A stretch of DNA of 64,000 nt from an uncultured Alphaproteobacteria bacterium (GTDB lineage Bacteria > Pseudomonadota > Alphaproteobacteria > JAPOUT01 > G958296285), in the NCBI GenBank assembly GCA_958296285.1, contig OY282459.1:1282762-1346761 (forward strand), given 5' to 3'. Below the pieces are notes generated by a model, which searched no databases, was not told the DNA's origin, and was given only the letters and a program-made list of their open reading frames with translations. Both the position numbers and the translations under genes were made by a program. Shown here piece after piece: positions 1 to 10,672 of this stretch (positions within the stretch are counted from its first letter, which is position 1; each line of letters begins with the position of its first letter).

Positions 1-1
1 C

Positions 2-1564
2 CCCTTTGAGCATGGCGAAGTCTTCGTGACCGATGACGGCGCGGAAACCGATCTGGATCTCGGACATTATGAGCGCTTCACAGGAGTCGCCGCGAAACAA
101 AGCGACAATACGACCACAGGACGAATCTATGAAGAAATTCTTGCCCGTGAGCGCGAAGGAAAGTATCGGGGCGCGACTGTCCAAGTCATTCCGCATGTGA
201 CGAACGCCATACGCGATTTCATCACGGCGGAAATAGAGGATGTGGATTTCGTCCTTTGCGAGATCGGCGGCACAGTCGGCGATATTGAGAGCCTCCCCTT
301 CTTAGAGGCGATTCGTCAAATGCGCCATGAAATGGGCTCGGAGAAAACATTGTTCATCCATCTGACGCTGATTCCGCATTTAGAGGCGGTCGGCGAGATG
401 AAAACGAAGCCTACTCAACATTCAGTCGCGAATCTTCGGGCGATCGGCATTCAGCCTGACATCATCATTTGCCGCAGCGCGCGCCCTCTCCCGCCGGAGG
501 AGCGCCGCAAAATCGCACTTTTTTGCAGCGTGGCTAAAGAGTCCGTCATTGAAGGGCAGGATGTCCCTTCTATTTACCAAGTGCCGCTCTTCTATCACAA
601 GAACGGGCTGGACGATGCCGTTCTTGCGGCGCTCGGAATGCATGACGCGCCCAAGCCCGATCTCAAGAAATGGCGCAAGATCGGCAAACGATTGGAGAAG
701 CCCGAAGGCGGCGTCAATATCGCCATTGTCGGCAAATATGTCGGAGTGCGCGACGCCTATAAATCTTTGGAGGAGGCGCTGATCCATGGAGGCATGTCGC
801 AGAGAGTCGCCGTCAATCTCAAATGGCTGGAGGCCGAAAGGCTGGAGGAAAAAAACGGCATCCACCATCTAGAAGGCGTTCACGCTGTCCTCGTGCCGGG
901 AGGTTTTGGGAAGCGCGGGACGGAGGGCATGATTAGCGCTGCCCATTTCGCCCGCACGCGCCGCATTCCGTATCTCGGAATCTGCTTCGGAATGCAGATG
1001 GCAGTCATAGAGATTGGGCGCAATCTCCTCTCAATGAAAAACGCGATCTCGACAGAGTTTGATAAAATGCCTAATAACGAGGAGCCTTTGATTGGTGAGT
1101 CGTCTGAATGGGAGCAGCCTGCCCTTCTTCCAGGGGTGGAAAAGCCACTTTCAAAAAGCCATGGCGCTCTAGTGGGCTTGGCAACGGGATGGGAAAAAGA
1201 GGGTGAGTTTATAACAAGAACTACGAAAAGTCTTCGCGGAGGCACAATGCGCTTGGGAGACCAAGAAACGATCTTGATAAAAAGAAGCTTGATAGCCCAA
1301 ATCTACAACATAAACCGCATTTATGAACGACATCGCCACAGATACGAGGTCAATAAACGTTACATGCCTGCTTTTCACAAAGAAGGCGTTGTGATGTCTG
1401 GGCAGTCTCTTGATCGTCGTTTTCCCGAAGTCATAGAGATTCCCGATCACCCATGGTATATCGGCGTGCAATATCATCCTGAATTGAAATCGCGCCCTTT
1501 TGAACCCCATCCGCTGTTTAAGGCGTTTGTCGGGGCGGCGCTTGAGCAGAGTCGTCTGGTATAG
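2..1564 (+). CDS. pyrG: CTP synthase, 5'-truncated at window edge (N-terminal ~70 aa missing)
   Basis: Translation matches CTP synthase motifs EVFVTDDGAETDLDLGHYERF, GICFGMQ, GGTMRLG, ERHRHRYEVN. ORF runs off the window start in frame. Confidence 0.95.
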   Translation, partial: PFEHGEVFVTDDGAETDLDLGHYERFTGVAAKQSDNTTTGRIYEEILAREREGKYRGATVQVIPHVTNAIRDFITAEIEDVDFVLCEIGGTVGDIESLPFLEAIRQMRHEMGSEKTLFIHLTLIPHLEAVGEMKTKPTQHSVANLRAIGIQPDIIICRSARPLPPEERRKIALFCSVAKESVIEGQDVPSIYQVPLFYHKNGLDDAVLAALGMHDAPKPDLKKWRKIGKRLEKPEGGVNIAIVGKYVGVRDAYKSLEEALIHGGMSQRVAVNLKWLEAERLEEKNGIHHLEGVHAVLVPGGFGKRGTEGMISAAHFARTRRIPYLGICFGMQMAVIEIGRNLLSMKNAISTEFDKMPNNEEPLIGESSEWEQPALLPGVEKPLSKSHGALVGLATGWEKEGEFITRTTKSLRGGTMRLGDQETILIKRSLIAQIYNINRIYERHRHRYEVNKRYMPAFHKEGVVMSGQSLDRRFPEVIEIPDHPWYIGVQYHPELKSRPFEPHPLFKAFVGAALEQSRLV

Positions 1565-1574
1565 TGGGCGCGTT

Positions 1575-2408
1575 ATGAAGCCTCTGTCGGAAATCGCCGT
1601 TGCCGAGACCGTCAAGATCGGAAACGATCTGCCGCTCCGAATCATCGCAGGACCGTGCGCCTTGGAAAGCCGCGACCACGCGATGGAAATGGCGTCCGCC
1701 CTCAAAGAAATCGCCGAAAAAGTCGGCATCGGACTCATCTATAAAACCTCCTTTGACAAAGCGAACCGCACCAGCATGACAGGCAAGCGCGGAATCGGCT
1801 TGAAAGACGCCATCCCAATCTTCGCCGAAATCCGCGAGACATATCTGCCCGTCCTGACCGATGTCCATCTGCCGGAGCAATGCGCGCCTGTCGCCGAGGC
1901 GGTGGACGTCCTCCAAATCCCCGCTTTTCTCTGCCGACAGACCGATCTCCTTCTCGCCGCCGCGAAAACAGGCAAGCCGATCAATGTCAAAAAAGGACAG
2001 TTCCTCGCCCCATGGGATATGGAGCATGTCGCGCGTAAAATCCTCAGCGCCGGAAACGATCGGATCATGCTGACCGAGCGCGGCGTCTCTTTCGGATATA
2101 ACAGGCTCGTCTGCGACATGCGCTCCCTTGTCATTTTGCGCGAGACGGGCTGCCCGGTCGTCTTTGACGCGACTCACTCTGTCCAAGAGCCGGGCGGAAA
2201 GGGAAGCGCTTCGGGCGGAGAGCGCCGCATGGCGCCTGTCTTGGCGCGCGCGGCGGTCGCGGTCGGCGTGGCGGCTGTTTTTATGGAGACGCATCAGGAT
2301 CCGGACAACGCCCCATCGGACGGGCCGAATATGATCCGCCTCGCCGATATGGAAGCGCTCTTGCGACAGATCAAGGAATTTGACGCCATCGCCAAGAGGA
2401 AGTCGTGA
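1575..2408 (+). CDS. kdsA: 3-deoxy-8-phosphooctulonate (KDO8P) synthase
   Basis: Motifs [11 protein letters not shown] and [13 protein letters not shown]. Start chosen at MKPLSE (1575) because the ORF-track start at 1500 overlaps the pyrG end. pyrG-kdsA-eno order is typical. Confidence 0.93.
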   Translation: MKPLSEIAVAETVKIGNDLPLRIIAGPCALESRDHAMEMASALKEIAEKVGIGLIYKTSFDKANRTSMTGKRGIGLKDAIPIFAEIRETYLPVLTDVHLPEQCAPVAEAVDVLQIPAFLCRQTDLLLAAAKTGKPINVKKGQFLAPWDMEHVARKILSAGNDRIMLTERGVSFGYNRLVCDMRSLVILRETGCPVVFDATHSVQEPGGKGSASGGERRMAPVLARAAVAVGVAAVFMETHQDPDNAPSDGPNMIRLADMEALLRQIKEFDAIAKRKS

Positions 2409-3694
2409 AGATCGCCGAAATCAGAGTTTTGGAGATTTTGGACAGCCGAGGGCGTCCGGCGCTGGAGGTTGTCGCGCATTTGGAGGGGAATGGGCGGTCG
2501 GTCAGCGCGCGCGCGGCTGTGCCGTCCGGCGCTTCCACAGGACGGCATGAGGCGCTGGAACTCCGGGACGGCGACAAAAAGCGCTATCACGGCGGCGGAC
2601 TCCTCAAAGCATGCGCATCAGTGGAGGGCGAGATCGCCGAGGCGCTCGCCAAAATCAATCCGCTTGATCAGCGCCGCATTGACGAGACGATGATCCAGCT
2701 GGACGGAACGCCAAATAAGAGTCGCTTGGGCGCGAACGCGATTCTCGGCGTCTCTCTCGCTTTGGCGAAGGCGGCGGCGAAAAGCGCCGAAAAGCCCCTT
2801 TTCTGTCATCTCGCCGGCGATGGCGTCTCCCTCCTATTGCCGCGCCCGATGATGAACGTCCTCAATGGCGGCGCTCATGCCGACAATGCTCTGGATATTC
2901 AAGAATTTATGATTGTCCCCGCCGGCGCGTCTTCATTTCGCGAGGCGTGCCGCATCGGGGCGGAAGTTTTTCACGCCCTCAAAGATCGCTTGAGAAAGGC
3001 GGGGCATAGCGTCAATGTCGGCGATGAGGGGGGCTTCGCGCCCGATCTCCGATCTTCGCGCGAGGCGCTGGATTTTTTGATGGAGGCGATAAGCGCGGCA
3101 GGCTATCGCGCGGGAAAACAGGTTTTTCTCGCTCTTGATGTCGCCGCGAGCGAGATTCTTACGCCCGAAACGCGCTATCATCTTAAAGGGGAAGACGCAA
3201 TCTTAACTGCCGAAGAGATGACCGATACTCTCGCCAGCCTTGTCCAAGATTACCCGATCCTCTCCATTGAGGACGGACTCGCCGAAGATGATTGGGCGGG
3301 ATGGCGGCATATGACCGCCGCTTTGGGCGAAAAAACGATGCTGGTCGGCGACGACCTCTTCGCGACAAATATGGCGCGCCTCAAGCGCGGCATAAAAGAA
3401 CAATGCGCGACAGCGATTCTGATAAAACCCAATCAGATCGGAACCTTAACCGAGACTTTGGATGTCGTGTCTCATGCGCGAAATTGCGGCTTCGCTTGCG
3501 TGATCTCGCACCGATCGGGCGATACGGAGGATACGACCATCGCCGATCTGGCTGTCGCTCTCGGCACAGGCTGGATCAAGACCGGAGGACTCTCGCGCTC
3601 GGAGCGGACGGCGAAATATAATCGTCTGATGCGGATAGAGAAGATGCTCGGCAATGACGCCCGCTATGCCGGACTTGAGGGAATCCCAAGATGA
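2405..3694 (+). CDS. eno: enolase (phosphopyruvate hydratase), GTG start
   Basis: N-terminus (M)[21 protein letters not shown], length 429 aa, full-length enolase-like. Confidence 0.95.
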   Translation: MKIAEIRVLEILDSRGRPALEVVAHLEGNGRSVSARAAVPSGASTGRHEALELRDGDKKRYHGGGLLKACASVEGEIAEALAKINPLDQRRIDETMIQLDGTPNKSRLGANAILGVSLALAKAAAKSAEKPLFCHLAGDGVSLLLPRPMMNVLNGGAHADNALDIQEFMIVPAGASSFREACRIGAEVFHALKDRLRKAGHSVNVGDEGGFAPDLRSSREALDFLMEAISAAGYRAGKQVFLALDVAASEILTPETRYHLKGEDAILTAEEMTDTLASLVQDYPILSIEDGLAEDDWAGWRHMTAALGEKTMLVGDDLFATNMARLKRGIKEQCATAILIKPNQIGTLTETLDVVSHARNCGFACVISHRSGDTEDTTIADLAVALGTGWIKTGGLSRSERTAKYNRLMRIEKMLGNDARYAGLEGIPR

Positions 3695-4590
3695 GTCTCG
3701 CGGCAGAAAGAGAACCTCTGAGAAAGCCCGCATGGATTCGCGCGCCCATTCCTTCAGGCAAAATCTACCATCAGACGCGCGCGCTGATGCGGGAACTCAA
3801 TCTGGCGACTGTCTGCGAGGAGGCGGCTTGCCCGAATATCGGGACATGCTGGAAAAGCGGACATGCGACAATCATGATTCTCGGAGAAATCTGCACCCGC
3901 GCCTGCGCCTTCTGCAATGTTCAGACCGGGAAGCCTCACGCGCCGGATCCGTTGGAGCCTCAGCGCGTGGCGGCGGCGCTGCGGCGTCTGCGTCTGCGGC
4001 ATCTTGTTATCACGTCTGTGGATCGGGATGATCTCGCCGATGGAGGCGCGGCGCATTGGGCGAAGGTTATCGGCGCGGCGCGGGCGGAATCGCCATCCAC
4101 GGTCATTGAGGCGCTGACCCCCGATTTTCGCAATAAGGGCGATGCGATAGAGCTCGTTCTGAAAACGCGTCCTGATGTTTTCAACCACAATTTGGAGACT
4201 GTGCCGCGTCTTTATGCGCGCATTCGTCCGGGGGCGCGATATTTTCATTCTCTGCGGCTTCTGCAGAGGGCGAAGGAGGCGAATCCGCGGCTTTTCACGA
4301 AGTCGGGGATCATGGTCGGTTTGGGCGAAGCCAAAGAGGAAGTCCTGCAACTGATGGACGATTTGCGCTCGGCGTCCGTGGATTTTCTGACGATCGGGCA
4401 GTATTTGCGTCCGACAAAAAATCACGCGCCTGTGGAGCGTTATGTTTCGCCTGACGAGTTCGCCTCTTACGCGACAATCGCTCGCGCGAAGGGCTTTTTG
4501 ATGGTCTCGTCCAGCCCTCTGACGCGCTCTTCCTATCACGCGGCCGAGGATTTCGCGGCTCTGAAGAAGAGGCGCGATGCCCAAGATTGA
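3691..4590 (+). CDS. lipA: lipoyl synthase
   Basis: Radical-SAM motif [10 protein letters not shown] plus N-terminal Cys cluster [13 protein letters not shown]. Confidence 0.93.
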   Translation: MSLAAEREPLRKPAWIRAPIPSGKIYHQTRALMRELNLATVCEEAACPNIGTCWKSGHATIMILGEICTRACAFCNVQTGKPHAPDPLEPQRVAAALRRLRLRHLVITSVDRDDLADGGAAHWAKVIGAARAESPSTVIEALTPDFRNKGDAIELVLKTRPDVFNHNLETVPRLYARIRPGARYFHSLRLLQRAKEANPRLFTKSGIMVGLGEAKEEVLQLMDDLRSASVDFLTIGQYLRPTKNHAPVERYVSPDEFASYATIARAKGFLMVSSSPLTRSSYHAAEDFAALKKRRDAQD

Positions 4591-5026
4591 CGTCCGCCGC
4601 CGCGTTCCGCGTCCCGCCAAGAAGATTTTCGCGCTGGTCGCCGATATTGAATCCTACCCCGAATTTCTGCCGGGCTGCGCGCGGGCGAGGCTTTTTGATC
4701 GCAAGGAGAAGAATCCGCGCGCCGAGCTTGTTTTCGCGTCCAAACGGCTGATGCTGATTGGCTTGCCGGGCGAGATCGCTTTCACGAGCGCCGTCTCGCT
4801 GAACCCCGAAGCGCTGACGATAGAAGCGCGGCAGATAGAAGGACTCTTTGAGAGTCTCACCTGCATCTGGCGATTCAAGCGGATTTCCAAAACCTCCTGC
4901 GATGTGAATTGCGCGCTGCGCTTCGCCTTCCGCGAAACATGGCTGCATCTCGCCGTGACGCCTCTGTTGAAAATCGCGATCTGGCAGACCATCGCCGCTT
5001 TTGAGGCGCGCGCGCTGAAGGACTAA
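4577..5026 (+). CDS. SRPBCC-family protein (RatA/CoxG/COQ10-like polyketide-cyclase fold)
   Basis: 149-aa protein immediately after lipA, as in many alphaproteobacteria. N-terminal pattern [18 protein letters not shown] is typical of the RatA/SRPBCC family. Confidence 0.7.
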   Translation: MPKIDVRRRVPRPAKKIFALVADIESYPEFLPGCARARLFDRKEKNPRAELVFASKRLMLIGLPGEIAFTSAVSLNPEALTIEARQIEGLFESLTCIWRFKRISKTSCDVNCALRFAFRETWLHLAVTPLLKIAIWQTIAAFEARALKD

Positions 5027-5523
5027 CGGGCTTTATCCAAAATCTTATGCAGAAGCGCGAAACCGGCGATGACGGTTTCGGCGCGAACCTCGGCGCGTCC
5101 TTTGTTTGGAAAGCGGCAGAGTTCATTCAAGGTCAGGCTTTTCGCGGCGGCGGCGATATGCACCAAACCCGGCGGATGGGTCTCGCTTCCCCCGGGGCCT
5201 GCCACGCCTGTCACGGCAAGGGCGACATCCACCCCTGCCGCGCGCAGCGCGCCCTCCGCCATGGCGCGCGCGACTTCCTCGCTCACCGCGCCATGCTCTT
5301 GAAGCAGGTTTTTTGGGACGCTGAGAAATTTCATCTTCGCTCTGTTGGAATAGGTGGAGAAGCCGCAGTCAAAAACGCGGGAGGATCCGGGAATATCGGT
5401 CAGAGCCGCGCTGATAAGACCGCCCGTGCAGGATTCGGCTGTCGCGAGTCTCAGACCCGCCTCCTCCATGCGTTTGAGAATCTCGCGCGCTTGTCCTTCG
5501 GTTTCTCGCGGCAGAGCGATCAT
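5023..5523 (-). CDS. CinA C-terminal-domain protein (nicotinamide-nucleotide amidohydrolase PncC-like)
   Basis: Motif TAESCTGGLISAALTDIPGSS is characteristic of the CinA/PncC domain. Confidence 0.85.
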   Translation of the reverse strand: MIALPRETEGQAREILKRMEEAGLRLATAESCTGGLISAALTDIPGSSRVFDCGFSTYSNRAKMKFLSVPKNLLQEHGAVSEEVARAMAEGALRAAGVDVALAVTGVAGPGGSETHPPGLVHIAAAAKSLTLNELCRFPNKGRAEVRAETVIAGFALLHKILDKAR

Positions 5524-6260
5524 GGCAGAGGCTGGGAAGCCCGCGCGATCGCGATGAAAGACGCCGCGCGCAAACTCGCCCCTCCGACAAGCGCCCCTTC
5601 CACATGCGGCAGCGACAAAATCGCTTCGGCATTGTTCGGCGAAACCGATCCGCCATAGAGAAGGTGCGCCTCTCCATGCCCTTTCTTGCGCAGAGAATCC
5701 TTGATTTCCTCATGCATCGCCGAAATCTCCCGCCCATTGGGGGTGCGTCCTGTGCCGATCGCCCAAACAGGCTCATAGGCGACCGCCGCGCCATGACGAT
5801 AAGCCCTGTCGGCAAGAGACAGCAACTGCCTTTGAACAACGGCGGAAGCCTCGCCCCTTTCGCGCTCTTTTTCTGTTTCGCCAACGCAGAAGATTGGCAT
5901 AAGCCCTGCCCTCTCCGCCGCCAGAGCTTTTCTGCCAATGACGGCGTCATCTTCGCCCGCGGCGCGCCGCTCCGAATGTCCGACAATGACAGCCTTCGCG
6001 CCGAGATCGGCGAGCATCTCGGCGCTCACAGAACCGGTATAAGCCCCCGAAACTTCCGCATGACAATCCTGCCCCCCCAGAGTCAAGGGCGATTCGGCGA
6101 TCTCGGCGAAGGAGGCGAGAAGAGTCGCCGGCGGGCATAGGAGAATGTCGCAAGAGATCTCCTCGCCATGCGCCCGCAAAAAGCGCATGATCTCCTCCAG
6201 CTCGGCGCGACTCTCGCGCAGCCCGTTCATCTTCCAATTTCCGGCGATGAGCTGTCGCAT
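5520..6260 (-). CDS. tpiA: triosephosphate isomerase
   Basis: N-terminus MRQLIAGNWKMNG and AVIVGHSERR motif. Confidence 0.95.
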   Translation of the reverse strand: MRQLIAGNWKMNGLRESRAELEEIMRFLRAHGEEISCDILLCPPATLLASFAEIAESPLTLGGQDCHAEVSGAYTGSVSAEMLADLGAKAVIVGHSERRAAGEDDAVIGRKALAAERAGLMPIFCVGETEKERERGEASAVVQRQLLSLADRAYRHGAAVAYEPVWAIGTGRTPNGREISAMHEEIKDSLRKKGHGEAHLLYGGSVSPNNAEAILSLPHVEGALVGGASLRAASFIAIARASQPLP

Positions 6261-6305
6261 CAGCCAGCCTGCCCCGCTTGTCTGAACCCCTCAGAGAAGC
6301 CTATC

Positions 6306-8231
6306 ATGCGGGCGGGACTATCGCATAGGGGTCTTGTCATGCTGGATCGCCTCAGACGCGCCACCGCCCATTGGATGGCGCGCATTCTGATCGGATTGTT
6401 GGCGCTGAGTTTCGCCTTTTGGGGAGTCGGCGATCTTGTCGCGCCGTCTCGTGATCCGGCAATCGCCGAGGTCGGGGACGCCGTCATTCCGCAGACTGTC
6501 TTCCAGCGCTCGCTAAACATCCTCCGCGAAAATCTGCGACAGCAGGGGCGCGCCCTCGCTTTTGACGAAATCCGCCAACTCGGACTGGATCGGCAGGTTC
6601 TGAACCTGCTGACTCGTCAAGAAGCGCTGTCGCTCGGGGCGGCGGCGCTGGGTCTGGACATTTCAGACAGGCGAATCGCCGAGGAAATCCGCGATGATCC
6701 CGCCTTCCAAGGACCTTTCGGCGGATTTGATCGGCAGACCTTCCGCGTGATTCTCGCCGAAGCGGGCTTGAGCGAGCAGCGATTCGCCGAAGAGCGCCGC
6801 AAAGTGCATCTGCGCCGCCAACTCGCCGCGACTGTCCTCGCCTCGCCCCCCGCCTCCGATATTCTCGCCCGCGCGCTCATCAAGCACAGTTTGGAAAAGA
6901 GGATTTTGGAATATGCCCTCCTCCCGATCTCTCTCGCGCCGAAGCCAAAGAGCCCAAATGACGAAACGCTCAAAAAATTCCTAACCCGCGAGCCTTCTCT
7001 CTTCATTCGCCCTGAGCGGCGCGACATTCTTTTGTTGGAGCTGAAGCCGGAGCATTTTTTCTCGTCTCTCGCCGTCTCCGAAGACGAAATCCGCGCCGAT
7101 TACGACGAGCGGCGCATGAGTTTCCGAACCCCTGAAAAGCGCGAAGTAGAGCAAATCATCTTCGCCTCGCGCGATGAAGCCGATGCCGCCCATGCCCGCC
7201 TCAAGAAGGGCGTCTCTTTCGCCGCGATCGCCGGCGAGAAGGGTTTGTCGGAGGAAGATCGGAATCTGGGGCTTCTCTCTGAGCGGGAGTTTTTGTCGCC
7301 CTCTTTGGCGGAAGCGGCTTTCGCTCTCAAAAAGGGCGAAGTGAGCGCTGTCGTGGAGGGGCCTTTGGGGCCGGTTCTGCTGCGAGTTGCCAAAATCGCG
7401 CGAGGCGAGGAGCGAAGCCTCGCTTCCGTCCGCGATCGCGTCAGGAGAGACATTCTGCGCCGCAAATCCGCCGGCGAGATGGAGACCATGCGAAATATCG
7501 TGGAAGACGCGCTGGCAGGGGGCGCGTCTTTGCGCGAAGCGGCGTCTGATCATTCGCTGCCGATCTCGGAACTGAAGGGCGTCTCCGCCGATGGAACAAG
7601 CGCGAAAGGCGCGAAACTGCCCGAGAGGGAGGGGCTGCTTGCCGCCGCCTTCGCCGCCGCGGAACATGAAGAGAGCGCCGCGCGAGAAATGGAAGAGGGC
7701 GGATATTTTTGGCTGGAAGTGGAAAAAATCCATCCCTCGCGCATTCCGTCTTTTGACGAGATTAGGGACGAAGCGCGGAAAATCTGGCGGAAGGAAACGC
7801 GGCGTCTCGCTCTCATTCGGCTCGCGGCGGATCTTGCCGAGCGCGGAAATGGGGGCGAAGATTTGCGCGATCTTCTCAAGAAATATGACCGCGCGCCGTT
7901 GAAGACGCCCGAAATTGGTCGTTTTTTCCGAAGCGATGTTTTTTCGGCGGAGCTTGTGGAGGCGGCTTTCGCAAGACCCGAAGGTCGTTTTGTCGCCGGC
8001 TCTGCCGAGATCGGCGACAGCGTGGTTCTTGTTCGGACGGCGAAGATCGTCAAGCCCTCCCCTTCCCGCGAAGAGGAGAGCGCTTTTAGAGACGCGCTTG
8101 GCGCGCGCTTGGCGAATGAGTTTTTGGAGCAATATGTCGTTTTTCTTTTGGAGCGTTATGGCGTTGTCGTTCACGGCGATGTTTTGGAGAGCGCGGTTCT
8201 GTCTGGCGGCGGCGGCTTGCTCGCGCCATGA
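6306..8231 (+). CDS. ppiD: periplasmic chaperone/peptidyl-prolyl isomerase PpiD-like (SurA N-domain, N-terminal membrane anchor)
   Basis: N-terminal TM helix WMARILIGLLALSFAFWGVGDLV followed by a long SurA-like body. Start moved to MRAGLS (6306) to avoid overlap with divergent tpiA. ppiD-trpE adjacency is common in alphaproteobacteria. Confidence 0.75.
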   Translation: MRAGLSHRGLVMLDRLRRATAHWMARILIGLLALSFAFWGVGDLVAPSRDPAIAEVGDAVIPQTVFQRSLNILRENLRQQGRALAFDEIRQLGLDRQVLNLLTRQEALSLGAAALGLDISDRRIAEEIRDDPAFQGPFGGFDRQTFRVILAEAGLSEQRFAEERRKVHLRRQLAATVLASPPASDILARALIKHSLEKRILEYALLPISLAPKPKSPNDETLKKFLTREPSLFIRPERRDILLLELKPEHFFSSLAVSEDEIRADYDERRMSFRTPEKREVEQIIFASRDEADAAHARLKKGVSFAAIAGEKGLSEEDRNLGLLSEREFLSPSLAEAAFALKKGEVSAVVEGPLGPVLLRVAKIARGEERSLASVRDRVRRDILRRKSAGEMETMRNIVEDALAGGASLREAASDHSLPISELKGVSADGTSAKGAKLPEREGLLAAAFAAAEHEESAAREMEEGGYFWLEVEKIHPSRIPSFDEIRDEARKIWRKETRRLALIRLAADLAERGNGGEDLRDLLKKYDRAPLKTPEIGRFFRSDVFSAELVEAAFARPEGRFVAGSAEIGDSVVLVRTAKIVKPSPSREEESAFRDALGARLANEFLEQYVVFLLERYGVVVHGDVLESAVLSGGGGLLAP

Positions 8232-9772
8232 GCGCCCCTTTCCCTGACGCCTCCGCTTTCCGCGACATTCACAATGCAGGCAAGACGCAGATCGTTCGGC
8301 TGACGCTGCCTGCCGATTTGGAAACGCCTGTCGCCGCGATGATCAAATTGGCGGCGGGGAAGCGCGGCGCGTTCCTTTTTGAATCGGTGGAGGGCGGAGA
8401 GGCTCGCGGACGCTATTCCGTCATCGGCTTCGCGCCGGACGCCATTTGGCGATCTTACGGCGCGAGATGCGAGATCAATCGGCAGGCGGCGCGAGACCCT
8501 GACGCTTTTGAGATTTTGAAAGAGCCGCCTTTGGACGCGCTTCGCCGTTTCATCGCGGAGTCGCGTTTTGATCTGCCTGACGGTTTGCCGTCTTTGTCGG
8601 CGGGTTTGTTCGGCTATATGGGCTACGACATGGCGCGTCATGCCGAGCGTTTCGGGTCTCCGCCGCCTGACGCGATTGGCATTCCGGACAGCGTTTTCGC
8701 GCGTCCGTCTCGTCTTGTGGTTTTTGATTCGGTCAGCGACACGATGATTTGCATTGTTCGCTCGTCTCCGCGCCGGGGGCGCTCGGCTGACGAGGCTTAT
8801 GACGAAGCCTGTCGCGCTTTGCGCGAGATGCGGACGGCTTTGCAGAGGCCTCTGATGCCGAAGGAGCGCGGCGAGGATAGCCAGAGCGATGAAGGCGATG
8901 AAAGCGGCGGGGGCGGCGCGTCTTCGTCTGTTTCCATGCCGGTGCCGCGGTCCAACATGCAGCGCGCGCTTTATTTGGAGAAGGTTCGGCGCGTTAAGGA
9001 GTATATTTTCGCTGGCGACATTTTTCAGGCTGTTTTGAGTCAGCGTTTTTCGGCGTCTTTTTCGCTTTCGCCCATGACGCTGTATCGGTCTTTGCGGCGG
9101 ATAAATCCGTCTCCTTATCTTTATTATTTGGATTTTGGGGATTTTTCGGTTGTTGGCTCAAGTCCTGAGATTTTGGTTCGGCTGCGCGAGGGCGTGGTGA
9201 CGATTCGTCCGATTGCCGGGACTCGTCCGCGCGGGGGGTCGGCGGCGGATGATCTTCGCATTGGCGAGGAGTTGTTGTCGGATCCGAAGGAGCGCGCCGA
9301 GCATTTGATGTTGTTGGATTTGGGTCGGAATGATGTTGGGAGGGTATCGGAGATTGGTTCTGTTCGCGTGACGGAGCGTTTCGCGCTGCAGCGGACGTCT
9401 CATCTCATTCACATTGTTTCCAATGTTGAGGGTGTTTTGCGGCGCGGTTTGGAGGCTTTGGACGCTTTGATGGCGGGTTTTCCTGCTGGGACGGTTTCGG
9501 GCGCGCCGAAGATTCGGGCGATGGAGATTATTGATGAGTTGGAGGATGAGAAGCGGAGTTTATATGCGGGGGCGGTGGGGTATTTTTCGGCGAATGGGGA
9601 TATGGACAGTTGCATTGCCTTGCGGACGGCGTTGGTTAAGGATGGGGTGATGTATGTTCAGGCGGGGGGTGGGATTGTGGCGGATTCGGAGCCTGCTTAT
9701 GAGTATCGGGAGTCTGTGAAGAAGGCGGAGGTTTTGTTTCGGGCTGCTGAGGCTGTTGGAGGCTCCCGTTGA
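8228..9772 (+). CDS. trpE: anthranilate synthase component I
   Basis: 514 aa, chorismate-binding C-terminal domain. The last codons (GGSR-stop) lie inside repeat module X. Confidence 0.93.
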   Translation: MSAPFPDASAFRDIHNAGKTQIVRLTLPADLETPVAAMIKLAAGKRGAFLFESVEGGEARGRYSVIGFAPDAIWRSYGARCEINRQAARDPDAFEILKEPPLDALRRFIAESRFDLPDGLPSLSAGLFGYMGYDMARHAERFGSPPPDAIGIPDSVFARPSRLVVFDSVSDTMICIVRSSPRRGRSADEAYDEACRALREMRTALQRPLMPKERGEDSQSDEGDESGGGGASSSVSMPVPRSNMQRALYLEKVRRVKEYIFAGDIFQAVLSQRFSASFSLSPMTLYRSLRRINPSPYLYYLDFGDFSVVGSSPEILVRLREGVVTIRPIAGTRPRGGSAADDLRIGEELLSDPKERAEHLMLLDLGRNDVGRVSEIGSVRVTERFALQRTSHLIHIVSNVEGVLRRGLEALDALMAGFPAGTVSGAPKIRAMEIIDELEDEKRSLYAGAVGYFSANGDMDSCIALRTALVKDGVMYVQAGGGIVADSEPAYEYRESVKKAEVLFRAAEAVGGSR

Positions 9773-10070
9773 GGGGGGTTTGGGGGGGCGGCGAGCCGCC
9801 GCGGGCATCTTTTTCATAGAGAGGCATTTTGGCTTTACCCCAGGGGAACTAATGCATAGAAGCTTGAGGTGAAGGGGGGGTTGGGGGGCTTGCCCCCCAA
9901 GAAAAACCAAGCGGGCGCAAGCCCGCTACGGGCGGCGGGCTTCTCGCGCACTTGCGCTACGCGCTGCGTGCGCTTCGTTGCGCCACGCCCGCCGACCTTT
10001 TCGGGGGGGATTCCCCCCGACCCCCCCTTTCTCAAGGGGGGCTAGCCCCCCTTGACCCCCCTCAAGAGGT
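9773..10070. repeat. Repeat cluster A: module X (+) about 9786-9880, degenerate Z-like palindromes about 9905-9995, module Y (+) about 9995-10065
   Basis: Near-identical copies of X and Y recur at 17390-17547. Multiple G6-N-C6 micro-palindromes (ggggggattcccccc, aaggggggctagccccccttg, ggggggcttgcccccc). No coding potential. Confidence 0.85.
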
Positions 10071-10084
10071 GCTATAGTCGCCCC

Positions 10085-10672
10085 ATGATCCTCCTCATAG
10101 ACAACTACGACTCCTTCACATACAACCTCGTCCATTTCCTCGGCGAACTGGGCGCCAAAACCAACGTCCAACGAAACAACGCCACATCAGCATCAAAAGC
10201 CCTCGCCAAAAAACCCCAAGCCATCATCATCTCCCCAGGACCCAAAACCCCAAACGAAGCAGGAATATCCCTAAATCTCATAAAAACCGCCGCCAAACAC
10301 AATATCCCAACCCTCGGCGTCTGCCTCGGACACCAAACCATCGGACAAGCCTTCGGCGCGAAAATCACCCGCGCCATCCCCACCCACGGCAAAATCAGCG
10401 CCATCAACCACAACAGCAAAGGAGTCTTCCAAAAACTCCCCTCACCCCTCCAAGCCACCCGATACCACTCCCTCATCATAGAAGAAAATACGCTGCCCCA
10501 ATGCCTCGCCATCACCGCGAGAACATCAGACGGAACAATCATGGGAATCCAACATAAAACCCTCAACGCCCACGGAGTCCAATTCCACCCCGAAAGCATT
10601 GAAACCGAACACGGACACAAAATCCTCCAAAACTTCCTCAAACTCGCAGGAATAAAAGGAATAAAAAAATGA
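10085..10672 (+). CDS. trpG: anthranilate synthase component II (glutamine amidotransferase)
   Basis: MILLIDNYDSFTYNLVHFLGELG, catalytic GVCLGHQ motif. Start set at MILLID (10085), not the upstream ORF-track start. The coding strand is extremely C+A-rich and G-poor. Confidence 0.93.
   Translation: MILLIDNYDSFTYNLVHFLGELGAKTNVQRNNATSASKALAKKPQAIIISPGPKTPNEAGISLNLIKTAAKHNIPTLGVCLGHQTIGQAFGAKITRAIPTHGKISAINHNSKGVFQKLPSPLQATRYHSLIIEENTLPQCLAITARTSDGTIMGIQHKTLNAHGVQFHPESIETEHGHKILQNFLKLAGIKGIKK

Noticed and set aside
9835-10035. Small ORFs inside the repeat clusters (9835-10035 -, 16199-16666 +, 16438-16635 -, 17184-17438 +, 17219-17428 -)
   Set aside because: They lie entirely within palindromic repeat DNA and have low-complexity Gly/Pro/Arg translations.
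9773-10070. Possible CRISPR array in the G/C-rich repeat clusters (also 16490-16650, 17280-17547)
   Set aside because: The repeats are palindromic modules of different lengths without regularly spaced identical direct repeats or spacers. No cas genes are present in the window.
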